Shown one piece after another: positions 34,863 to 46,182 of a DNA stretch of 64,000 bases. This stretch comes from Amphiscolops sp. MND2022 (lineage: Eukaryota). The notes beneath the pieces are model-generated. The model did not search any database. It saw only the letters and a list, made by a program, of their open reading frames with translations, and was not told the DNA's origin. The stretch's first letter is position 1. The number at the start of each line of letters is the position of its first letter. The stretch is taken from contig OZ076409.1 in assembly GCA_964187785.1 (NCBI GenBank), positions 24,306,001-24,370,000 on the forward strand. Direction: 5' to 3'. The position numbers and the translations under genes are program-made.

Positions 34863-36166
34863 TTATTGTCTCTGAAAAACTGACTTTTTCCTTGGTGGAA
34901 AGGGTTGTATGTTGCGATTAAAAGGGTTAGGCTGGTCTCTGTTGAAGTTAAAGGGAGATCTAGCTCTCTGTGGTCCTGGAGAAATGCTTCTGGGTCTGTT
35001 AGAATTATTGGGAAAAGGTCTTCTAACCTCTTGCGAAAATCTCTGGTTACCGGAGCTGAATCTAGTATTTGTAGATCTGCGTTCTGGGTTAAAGTTTCTG
35101 TTCTGAGATCTGTCAAATCGGTTCCATGAAGGGGTTGCTTGCATGGCTCCCGCAAGTGCCAGTTGATGGGCAACCGCCATATTTTTTCGGATCTTTGAAT
35201 CGGGTAGTCTTGTCTGAAATCTTGAGCCATGCCCAGGTCCAGTTCTTTTGTTGTAATCGTTGGTGAATATTATTCTTCTCTCTGCATTCCTTCGTTTTGA
35301 ACCTTCTTGACTTCCTCATCTCTCATCTTTTTTCTGCACCAGTTAGGTGTGTGCCCATTTGTTCTGCAGTAGCTACAGAATCGAGTGGCCATTCTTCGTC
35401 CTGTAGCATTAGGGTCTACTGTTTTCTCTACTGCGTTGATAGTATTATTCATCTGTTCCTTGATTTGTAGTTTAATTCCCTTTAGGTCGTCTCGCATTTC
35501 TTGTATGAGTGGGTCTTCGTGTGACTCTCCGCCAGTTAGGGCGGTAGTTACAGTGTAGGAAAGGTCTTTGTTTATTACTGCTTGTGAAAATTGCTCCCAG
35601 GTTGCATTCGGGTGGTCCATCAGATATTCGTGTGCCTTTTCTCTCAGCTTTGGAGGTCTTAGGCCTCTCAGGGAGTAGTCAATGCACCTCTGTCTTCTTT
35701 GTTTGTCTTGAGTTGTCCTTTCAGCGTCTCTATTGTTCTTTGCGACTCCGGCTAGGTCATCTGGCCATCCTTTTCCAACTACTATTTTAATTCTGTGTAG
35801 GAAGTTCTTTATTTCTTCTCCATCTCGTCTGATGACATGTTCGGCTTCCATTCTGTGTCTAAATTTGTTTCTGCCATCTGCGAATCGTGTGATGAACCTT
35901 TCTCTGATTTCTGCCCAAGTGTTAGCGTCTGTGATGCTGGTCTCGAACCACTCCGCTGCGGGTCCTCTTAATAGTGTAGCAAAGTAGGATTTTCTTCTGA
36001 AGTTGTAGTCATCAAGTGCTGGTCCGTTGGCTGGGGTATCACCATGAGAAAACCGGAACTTCTTTTCAATGAGCTGTATAAATTGTTCAGGATCTTGATC
36101 TGGGTCGGTTCCTGTGAATTGGTCTCGGCCGAAGTCTGGATAAGCCAAGTAATTTTGCGCAGCCAT
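34863..36166 (-). pseudogene. Gypsy gag; intact to 35270, then a frameshifted Arg/Ser/Asn-rich tail
   Basis: FTG.DP.QDPEQFI, LLRGPAAEWF, W.EIRERFITRF and the CCHC knuckle CSYCRTNGHTPNWC. Confidence 0.9.
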
Positions 36167-37207
36167 TGTAAGCTGTTGAAAATATTAGAGAAAGAAAATG
36201 TAGCAACGAATAATAAATTAAAGATTCGATTAGGTAGGATACTCCAGGTCTCTGTAAATAACCACAAACGACTAAGGTAAAACACGCTCTTGCAAGAGTT
36301 CTAAAGATAATAAGAGCTAGGCAGGTCTGGCTTTGCATATACTCAATAGTATGCAAAAAAAATTTTAAGATCTCACCTCTCAGCTTAGGAGACGTTAGTC
36401 CTCCGGGTTTAATACTTCAATCCTAAAATAATAGGGGATACTTACAAATCCCGCTAACTTTAAATGATTAACAGAAAGGGCAGTTCGGGGTATACCAATC
36501 CTCCGATTTAACCAAAAAAAATGTGGAGAATACAATCGGTTTCAAAAGGTACTCAATTCGCTAGTCTAGCCTTTCAATGGCTTTTGTAGAAGTAATACAA
36601 CAAACAAACAGAGGGAGGCACTCTCGTCCTCAGGATTAAGTAGCGAGGGGCCAAGATCACTATCATGCAAACACTAGGGTACTATCACTAGAAATCTTAG
36701 AATTCTAGGTTTCCACCTTGGAATGCTACACAGGTTCCGGGACACCCACTGGGCTCATGGCCTTCAATCAGCCTCCGAAGAGACCTAGGCGGGCTTTTCC
36801 TTAATATGTGTCCGTCTGGACTTGAGTGTACATCCCAACTGTAGGTTTAGATTCAGTGTTAGAAAGCAGTTTCATTCTTGTTTTAGGACCGAATGTAGTC
36901 TAGCATTTCTGCAAAAGTAAGTTAGCTCTAACCTTTTGGGGATTGGGAGGACTAATTTGAGTAGTGCACAGTCTCTTCCTAAAGCTTTTAAGCTGGAGAG
37001 ATTCTGTTGGAGTTTTTACTAGCAATTCTATGAATTATAAAGACCAAGGAAGCCACATGTTGGGGCAGTAGGAGAAAAAAGAAAATCAGAAGTAATGTTA
37101 AGAGAAACAGGTAGTAAACCCTAACTTCTTAGAGTAGGGATTCTAACAGATAGCTCATTTATTTCTCTACTAAGAGTAAAAAGGGTGCCTCACTGGTCGC
37201 ACCAGTT

Positions 37208-39814
37208 TGTCGCACGCATGGATAGATTTTACTATTTACTATTTCCTTTTTGTTCCCTTTTCCTTTCAAGGGGCTGTTCAGTTGTTATCAGTATTAGTCA
37301 GTTCAGCTTATGTAGCGTAGTGCAAATTACTTTCAGGTGGCTATTCTATTATTGATTGTAAATGAGTAAGAAAGTCTCAAAGCTTACTCCGTGCAATACT
37401 AGAAAGGAAGTGCCTTGCGTGTACGTGCGAACAAAGGGAGTTGCGTGAATAAGTGCAAGGCAGTGTATGTAAATGAGTTATCTGAAAAACGGAAAAGTAT
37501 AGAAAGGAAAAATGTTGAATTATATCACGTGAACGGACAATAGTATTAAGTAAAATTTTCTAGGCATCTCAGTGTCTATTCCATCTTTAGTTAAATCCAG
37601 CAGCGAAATAACTATTTACTTTACTTCAGCAGTAGATTGGAAGGATTTGTTTCGACTTCGAGCAAAGTAGCTTCATAAAATACATCAGAAACCATTAATA
37701 TATATCAGAAAATTCGTAATAAAACCTACAGACTAAATTGTGAGCTTCTACACTTTCAAAATGAAATTGCTTTATGATTAGCTCCAAATGAGAAATGGTT
37801 TTAGCCGGTGATAATTTAAACCAGCGAGTTTTAAGTTTTTAAAGTCACTGCTCTGTTGGGTAGAGAGACAGCATTAGGACTTTGTATAAGACACAAACTT
37901 ACTGGGTAGATAAGGTGAAATGATTTTGTAAGTACTAGTGTAACGCCAACCATTTATTTAGTATTTTTCTAAGATATAAGTTGAACCACCACTGAGTAGA
38001 ATCAGTGGAACTTATCTAAGATATATTTTAAACAACCACTGAGTAGAATCAGTGGAATTTTTCTAAGATATTATTTAAACAACCACCGAGTAGAATCAAT
38101 GGACTTTTTCTAAGATATGTTTTAAACGACCACTGAGTAGAATCAGTGGAATTTTTCTAAGATATAATTAATTCAGCCACTGGGTAGAATCAGTGGAATT
38201 TTTCTAAGATATAATTTAAACAACCACTGAGTAGAATCAGTGGAATTTATCTAAGATATAATTTGAACAACCACTGAGTAGAATCAGTGGAATTTTTTTG
38301 AGATATATTTTAAACAATCACTGATTAGAATCAGTGAAATTTTTCTAAGATATAATTTAAACAACCACTGAGTAGAATCAGTGGAACTTTTCTAAGATAT
38401 AATTTAAACAACCACTGAGTAGGATCAATGGAATTTTTCTAAGATATATTTTAAACGACCACTGAGTAGAATCATTGGAATTTTTCTAAGATATAATTTA
38501 AACAGCCACTGAGTAGAATCAGTAGAATTTTTGTAAAATATATTATAAACAACCACTGAGTAGAATCAGTGGAATTTTTCTAAGATATAATTTAAACAAC
38601 CACTGAGTAGAATCAGTGGAATTTTTTTAGATAAATTTTAAACAACCACTGAGTAGAATCAGTGAAAGTTTTCTAAGATATAATTTAAACAACCACTGTG
38701 TAGAATCAGTGGACTTTTTCTAAGATATAATTTAAACAACCACTGAGTAGAATCAGTGGAATTTTTCTAAAATATAATTTAAACAACCACTGAGTAGAAT
38801 CAGTGGAATTTTTCTAAGATATAATTTAAACAACCACTGAGTAGAATCAGTGGAATTTTTCTAAGATATAATTTAAACAACCACTGAGTAGAATCAGTGG
38901 AATTTTTCTAAGATATAATTTAAACAATCACTGAGTAGAATCAGTTGAGTTTTTCTAAGATATATTTTAAACAACCACTGAGTAGAATCAGTGAAATTTT
39001 ACTAAGATAGAATTTAGTTAGAAAGGGGAGAATCAGAAATCTCCACAAAAAGAAACTAAGTTGTTTTTTCACTCACCAGACCAGGGACTGTTCTCGGATT
39101 GAGGTGAATTCTCTAAGATAGAAAATTCAAGAAAGACGGATGTGACTTCGCAAATTTGAGAGCCAAATCAAAAAAGGGGATGAAAGTAAGAGAAAGTAAG
39201 AGAGAAAGTAATTTAGCGGAGAGAAGATAAGTAGAGTTGGAGCAAGTTGAAGGGAAGAGAAGTAGAAGTGAGAAAGGGAGAGAGCTTTTTAGGTGTTGAA
39301 GCTCTGCCGGTTGGAGGGAAGAATGAAGCTCCAGCTTGTGCACGCCGTATAAAAACAGTTCAGCACTTCTGCCGAAGTGCTTCATTGGCCTGTTTTTCGT
39401 TCAGCCAATCAGAGCTTACCATTAGATTTCGGATCTCCGCGGTAATTAATAGATTTTTTTCGTTTGTGCAATCCCGCGGTAGAAGAAACTTCTTTTATCC
39501 CATTATTCTGCGGCCTTTTTATGAGTTTCAGCTGCCGCCCTACTTTATTAGTTATTTATCTTCAGCTTCCTCCTTCTCCAGGTTAGTTCAATTTCCTGCT
39601 TTGTTTATGCAGGTGTTTTTTAATCATAAACTACTCTGTAGCTCAAAGGAAATTGATTAGCTTTGTATTTTTGCAGGGGAATTTTTGATTAGAAACGGCT
39701 CTGAAGCCCTGGGATGATAGTTGAGCTTTTTATTAAATCAGGTGTTTTTTGTTGAGCACTATATTGTTGCAGTTGCATTTGTATTATTGATTAAGCGTTA
39801 GTCATAACGCGACA
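37208..39814 (-). repeat. 5' LTR of element 4 (2607 bp)
   Basis: Followed on minus, after 3 nt, by the PBS at 37188-37204. Confidence 0.95.
37960..39010. repeat. 47-bp tandem array with palindromic core, 22 copies
   Basis: Same unit as 20900-21760. Confidence 0.95.
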
Positions 39815-42467
39815 GGGCGAAAATCGGGAACTAACTATTTAACCTGAGAAATGCTATTTCAGTTGACTGCAAAGACTTGTCAGTCTACATTACCCGCAAT
39901 TCAGCCGGAGAAATCACGGACCACCTGGTGATGTTCAAAAAAGCAATGACCCGAAGTATCGGAGAGGGATGACCTTCATCCAAAACAAAAAACCGTCAAA
40001 TACGGTAAGTAACAATACAAACTCCAACTACCCGTTTACTTTCTTCGAGAAAGCTCATACAAAACGATCACTCGGTAGTAAATTCGATAACAAACCACAA
40101 ATTGTAGACTCTGGTACCAAACACACCATTATCATTGACGAAAACAAAAATACACACAGGATACAAATATCTATTCCAATATCTTTTCAGAACACAGCCA
40201 CACCAGCGAGAATCAGTTCAAGATTCTCGACCACAGCCGACCAGCCATCCTGCTCAAAGACGAAAAGCACTGGCACAGCAACTTGAGGTTACCGCCGAAA
40301 AGAACCGCTGCTAGTAGACAACACAGAGAGCAGCGCTGATTGGCTCAAAAGAAAAGAGCAACCGAGGAACGAGAAGAGACAATTTACCAGCCCTGACAAA
40401 TCAGCCAGTAAACGCTGGAACTCGACCTGAGTATGGTTTCAGACGACGACGATTTCCAATGTTACAATAATAGTGAAGGAAAGCCAGTGCACACCAACTT
40501 AGACGACGAACTGCCGAAGGATACAAATCTAACCCCAGAAACAGGCATAAAAACAAGAGAACCAATTGACGAATCCCACCTAACGGTGAGAGAATCAAAA
40601 AGAATACCCCATGCTAAACAAACCGCTTTAGGTGGTATCCCATACTGTACAAAAAACAATAAAAAGAAAACAAGTATTAATTGTATTTCACAGGAAAAGC
40701 AGACCAACCAGCCGGACCAACCGCAGACAAACAGTAATGAGGAACTGGACAACTGAAATATACGGTCAAATACGGAGAGCCTACAAACTAACTGTATGAT
40801 ACGGACATACAAACCCAAACAACCATACGTAGCCAACTTTACCCGGAGGGGGGCAATGTGGAATGCCAAGGTCAAACTGCCACATTTCATAACCTGAAAT
40901 ACTTCAGACAGGGAGTTGTGTAAATACTATTTACAAACAAACTCTAATTGATTTCTGTCGCATTTATGTTAATGATTTGTTACCATATCATTCGATTGAT
41001 AGAATACATTAAAGATCAGTTGAGAAAGATACATACTCCCCAATGTTGTTTTTAACCAACAATTAAGAGATCTTAACAGTATACAGCTAATTTTGTGATC
41101 CTACTATATTACGAACAAAAGTATTACACTTCATTTTGTAAAGTTATGTCATTTCATGCAGTTATCCACTTTAAAGAAGCTATATTACGCGTAAATAAGT
41201 GCTTTTTTGTAGGTTTTTACTAACAGCTAATTGGTAATCTGCAATTGTTCGAGTTTTTACCTAATCAATATTCGGCGAGTCAGTTGTCGACAAGTTTTGC
41301 ACTTACCGTTATTCTGAGTTAACTTAGAATTATCCCACATAAGTTAGTAGGTTGTTTGAGATTTACATGTAGCATTCATTCTAACTGGTATCGAAAAAAA
41401 TTCCCAGAAATTGTTACCTCAAGGATAAACAGTTTCAAGTCAACACCTAATCGAAAATTATGTCAGTAATTGCCTCCGGCAGTGTTGAGATAAATTTGCC
41501 AATGCAAAAAACAACAACCATTGTTGTTAAAACGTGCAGTATTTGCAGTTGATTGCAAAAATGGTTATTCACCACTAGTTTCACATCTTGTTACTTGGTG
41601 TGCAACCATTAGCTACTAATTTGACATTGAGATTCAAAATTGATCGACTGGGACGTCTCCCAGACAAAAACCCCAATTGGGAATTTTCGTTAAAACCATG
41701 AAATATTGAAGTAAATTCAACAAAATCTTGTGAATAGTATTGGTTAACTGTAAGAGTGGAAATATTTGTTTATGTTGGTAATATGATAGCTCATTAAGCA
41801 TAGGTCAATTTCCTATCAACTATCTTCGAATATGTTTTTTCTCTGGTATCATGAAAAACAGTTCCCAAAATTACAGAAAAGATTGCAACGAGCTGCAGCC
41901 CAGTACTGTCAAAAAAACAAGCTACCCTAGTCGAGATTGCTTGAATTTTAACATGCTGCAAGGAAAGATGCAGGCTAATACAAAACATGAAATTTCAGGG
42001 AGTTTTCATAGAAAAATTTTGTAGGATTACAATGCAGTTTCCACTATTTCAATTGAACCTGAAAACAATATCACTTCTTAACCGTCGCGATTAGTTTGTT
42101 TTCAAGCTTAAGTTTTTGAAAAAAAGTACCTTTTGTAATCACCGTTAGTCAAATAGCACGCTGAGTATGACGGTACCTCGAAACTTACAATGTGACCGAA
42201 GTTCATTTGCATTAAAATTGTGGCAAAATTAATGTGGTCTCAGCTGCTTTCAAAATTAGAAGTGCTTCTTCTAAGCTTGGTTTGGTCTCTGTTTTTGGTC
42301 TTGTCGCAATTTCGGAATCTTTTAATGATAACCGAAATGACCCCCGAAACTGCGCAAAGTACTGAAAACATTTCGAGAAAAGAAATAAAAAGATTTTATG
42401 CATTTTTCTACTGTTTCGATATTTTTCGTGGGTTGTAATATACAAAAAACAATAAAGAGCAACCAGC

Positions 42468-43300
42468 TAGAATAGAATAGAATAGAATAGAATAAATTGA
42501 ATTAATCATTTGTTGCCCGGAGGCGTAACAATTACAAAATGGTTTGGTTTTTACATGTCAAATTTAGCACAACAGAGGGTACGGTTAGATTCGCACAATG
42601 AGGCGAGGCTTCTTAGTTGAGTATTATTAATGGAGTTCATCAGCTGGTCAAATTTTATGACATTCGGATACTTATACAAAAGTTACGACAGGAGCTCTTC
42701 TCTCTTTTCGCTAAAGTAATTACAGAAAAACAACATATGATATTCATCTGGGTTATATTTCAAACTACAAAAAGGGCATACAAAGCTGGTTTCATTTGCT
42801 ATTTTATTACGCATTTTGGATAAAAAGATGGGGCACACCTGAACGTAGATAACTGTGTCCCCTCGCGTGGTTTTAAACAATGTAAATTATTCTCCAACTT
42901 TAGCTGATGTTTGAAGGAGCTATAGGTCTCACTTAAAGAACTTGTTCGTATGTTTACATGTCAAGATTGAATTGCAGGTCTTGGCAGCAACGTTTGACAA
43001 AATTGCGAAATTCACCATCGTTTATGAAGCTAGCGTACTCATTTGCTCGTGGTGTGCCACAATTAACAAGAATGTTTTTTTTATCGAGATCAACCATTTA
43101 TTCTCAGATAAAAATGACAACTTTTCAGAGAAACATACAAATAGCTTCGTTGAAAAAGTCTCAAAGTCAGCCCAAACGGATTAAAATGTTCAAAAGCATC
43201 CAAACATTCGAGATTTTTTGATAATTTTGATACAAATTTTGGACGTTTCGATAAATTAGATAATCCAGAGAATTCAAGGACGACCTAGCTTCTAAGTAAT
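42468..43300 (-). mobile_element. 5'-truncated, decayed non-LTR retrotransposon (LINE) 3' end with a (TTCTA)n tail
   Basis: CPFC...DEYHMLFFC is a typical LINE ORF2 C-terminal knuckle; (TAGAA)5 at 42468-42492. The 5' boundary is approximate. Confidence 0.65.
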
Positions 43301-43422
43301 ACGCAACTGGGAAGAGCAATTAGATGTTTGTGTTATGAAAATGCATGAGAATTACCACAAAACTGTCAGATTCTCTTTTTCCACTCCTTCGGACAACTTT
43401 TGTCACGTTTTGCAACACCCAC

Positions 43423-44158
43423 GCCGTACTGAGATCCCATCGCATTTCATCGATGGCCATCGCAGTCCCATGGGACCCATCGATGGCCATCAATGGTCCA
43501 TCGATGGGCATCGATGAGATTTCTCAAACGATGATCTCATCGATGGGAATCGAAATCTTTGATCACAAAATTCAATCGACTTGGCCGTGTTCAACAAAAT
43601 TCTCGCCATTTTAGGTTTTCAGTCTATTTAGGCTTTGTTTGGGATTTCGAGGATGCTCAAATAAATTAGTCGGAAATGAAGTTATACATAGTTATCCATA
43701 TTATTTATCTTTGTGAGAAACCGGATTCTGTTGATTTCCAAGGAAAAAACACCGAATTTTTTGATACAAATTTTTTGATACTCCTTTTAGGAGTCAAATT
43801 CATGCATATTCCAGATATTTTTTCTTCTTACAAGGAGATGGTTTTCTCAGCAATTGAAGCTCGATTCCGTCGCATTTTCATGCAAAAAATTGCAATTCTG
43901 CCAGGTTTTTCATTTTTTTTCTCAAACAATTCATTGGCTCCGAAATAAGTGATTTTCAGGCTCGAGAAAGCTTACTCAGGCTCAAAAAAATGAGAGTAGG
44001 TTAAAATTAGATATATTTAACCCTAAAACGCTCTACAAATGCCCCCATGCGCTGGGCGATAATTCAAATCTTACCGATGCTCATCGAAAAAGGTTGCGAT
44101 TGGTCCATCGTTGCCCATCGATGCCCATCGATGGGATTGAATGGAGTCTCAGTACGGG
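43423..44158. mobile_element. Non-autonomous DNA transposon (MITE), CMC/EnSpm-like
   Basis: TIRs CCGTACTGAGA...TCTCAGTACGG(G), 2-bp TSD AC, and subterminal CATCGATG palindromes at both ends. Confidence 0.75.
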
Positions 44159-45018
44159 ACAGAGTTAAACGAGAAATCAAACAGTTCTCTCATACGCTTT
44201 TACTACAAGCTATTTTGAACAGATGGCTTATGGATTTAAAAAGCCTTCAAATAACACCAAAGAGAAAATTTTCACTATTACAATGACTTTGTAGTACTTT
44301 TTGCATGTTTTGAAGGGTTAGTTGGAACAAAAAGCTATCGAAGGGTTTTTTTCACTAGAATAGCTTCAAACAGATGTATAACTCTTTCAAGTTTGATCAT
44401 TCAAGCATTTTCCCAATTTTCTGAACGTATTCAAAGGTATGAACATATACAGCACACAGAAACAAAAAATTTATAATTTTGATCATTTTGATCAGAAATT
44501 ATGACCAGAAAGTTAGAAATGAAAATTACAGTTTTTCCTCCAAAAAAGTCTACACAAAAGCCCATAAAAGACAAAACATTTTCACCAATTTTAATCTATT
44601 AGAGCAATTTCTGAGCAATAAAATATCTTTTTGTTGTTATAGATTAAAAATGTATTCTAAAAGTAACAGTTCGAAGAGAGAAAAATGTTTCTTTAGCAGT
44701 TTATTTGAAAATGGGAAAGCAGAAGCTGTCAAATGAAGAGCCAAAATGTCCACATTTTTCATGTTTATACCGAGTGTTCAGAGCTGTGCTTTTGTAGGTA
44801 CTCATATATAACAAAACACTTGGGACTAAACAATTTTTAGTCGGTGCTTCGTGAAGTGAAACGCGATAATACTAGCGACTCTTTTTTAATCCACATAAAC
44901 TGACAAAAACAGTTCTACAAAGTTCTACTGAATTTAGGGTCTCAAATTGGACTATTTGGCCCAGGGAACTGAACTATGAAAGTTGCACCTTTTTTTCAGC
45001 AACAACATTCAACATACA

Positions 45019-45417
45019 AAACCGGGCGAGACTAAAGAGTCCCCCTTTCGTTTTTTTGGCATTATAAGACTTTTTTCATGAGAATAATTTTCAATGTTCC
45101 CAAAGGATCCCCCTCAATTTTTTTTGATATTTTGGAACAGAATGGGTGTTGAAAAACCACAAAGTTCCCCCTCTTACGTTTTTCGGCACTATGAGACAGT
45201 TCAAAATTTCATTTTTAGTTTTTCGACAATTTTTTAATGTTCTCTCTTCATTTTTTTGATATTTTGCAGCAGAATGGATGTTCGCCTTTTAGCACGTTAG
45301 TTCGGTCTAACTTTCAGGCCTTTAGGGTAGTGTAGAAGAGAACACTTGACACTTTCAAATCCTTCTGCTACTTTTGTGCCTACGAAATGGCGCCGATTTA
45401 TGACGTTTCCGGTTTTT
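45019..45417 (+). repeat. Interspersed repeat family copy (as 12518-13003)
   Basis: aaaccgggcgagactaaag start, cccccttt/ttttcggcact units and atggcgccgatt end. Confidence 0.6.
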
Positions 45418-45599
45418 TACACGGTACTTGCCACAAGTAAAAATCTATTTATTGGATTACTTTTTTTTCATTTTTCATTTCGAAAAATTTTATAAATAAA
45501 CGTAAGAGTGATGAAACACTGTTCCTTGAAACACTGTTTCATTACAGTCACGTGAACAAAACATTACTTAGAAGTCGAACTTGTAAAAAACAAACTTGA

Positions 45600-46182
45600 T
45601 TTCTTTGTGCATGTTTTTTCGGCTTTGTGAGACTTTTTTCGCAAATTTTTAAATGTCTCCAAAGTGTCCCCTTCCATTTTTTGATTTTTAGCAACAAAAT
45701 GGATGTTCAAAAATTCCCAAAGGGTCCCTTTTTTTACAATTTTCCGCATTGTGAGATTCTTCCATTTTCTGTCTTAAAAGTTTCTCAGGTTTTCTCAGCA
45801 CGCTTCATACGAATTTTGAAATTTCAAGACCGGCGTTTTTTTCCATGCGACTTTTTTCCAATTTGTTTTTATTGAAACCCTCTCTCAATTTGTATTAGAA
45901 ACGGAATTTTGCGAGCATAGAAGACTCCTTAGGGTTTTCGGCACCATGCGACTAACCGGAACCGGAGACTTCATAAAAAATCTTTCGAGATTTTTAAAGT
46001 TTTTTGAGATGCTTTGTTGTCTCCAGCTGCGGAAAAAGTGGTTTTCGAGTCTTATGCGTATCCCTTGAGGTATATTTTGGCACTGTAAAACTGTTAGAAT
46101 GTTAACAAGAGTGCATATGTAAAAAACTTTACTTTTTTGAACCTTGAGCGGGGCGCCGATTTGGGCCGTTCTCGGCTTGTTT
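45600..46182 (+). repeat. Interspersed repeat family copy
   Basis: aaagggtccct units and end ttgagcggggcgccgatttgggccgttctcggcttgtt. Confidence 0.55.

Larger units (their letters stand above)
20145..39814 (-). mobile_element. 19.7-kb env-bearing Ty3/Gypsy element with accessory genes (element 4); decayed copy
   Basis: LTRs 20145-22707 and 37208-39814 (TGTCGC...GCGACA); 4-bp TSD GGGC; PBS TGGTGCGACCAGTGAGG; PPT CAGGGGGGTGAGC; domain order gag-PR-RT-RH-IN. Confidence 0.96.
17240..41078 (+). mobile_element. Old, internally deleted Ty3/Gypsy element (element 3), interrupted by element 4
   Basis: 222-bp LTRs at 17240-17461 and 40857-41078 (TGTGG...TTAACA); TSD GTATA on both sides; PBS TGGCGCAGTAAGCAAG (Ser type) at 17462; PPT GGAGGGGGGCAA at 40845-40856. 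Confidence 0.92.
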
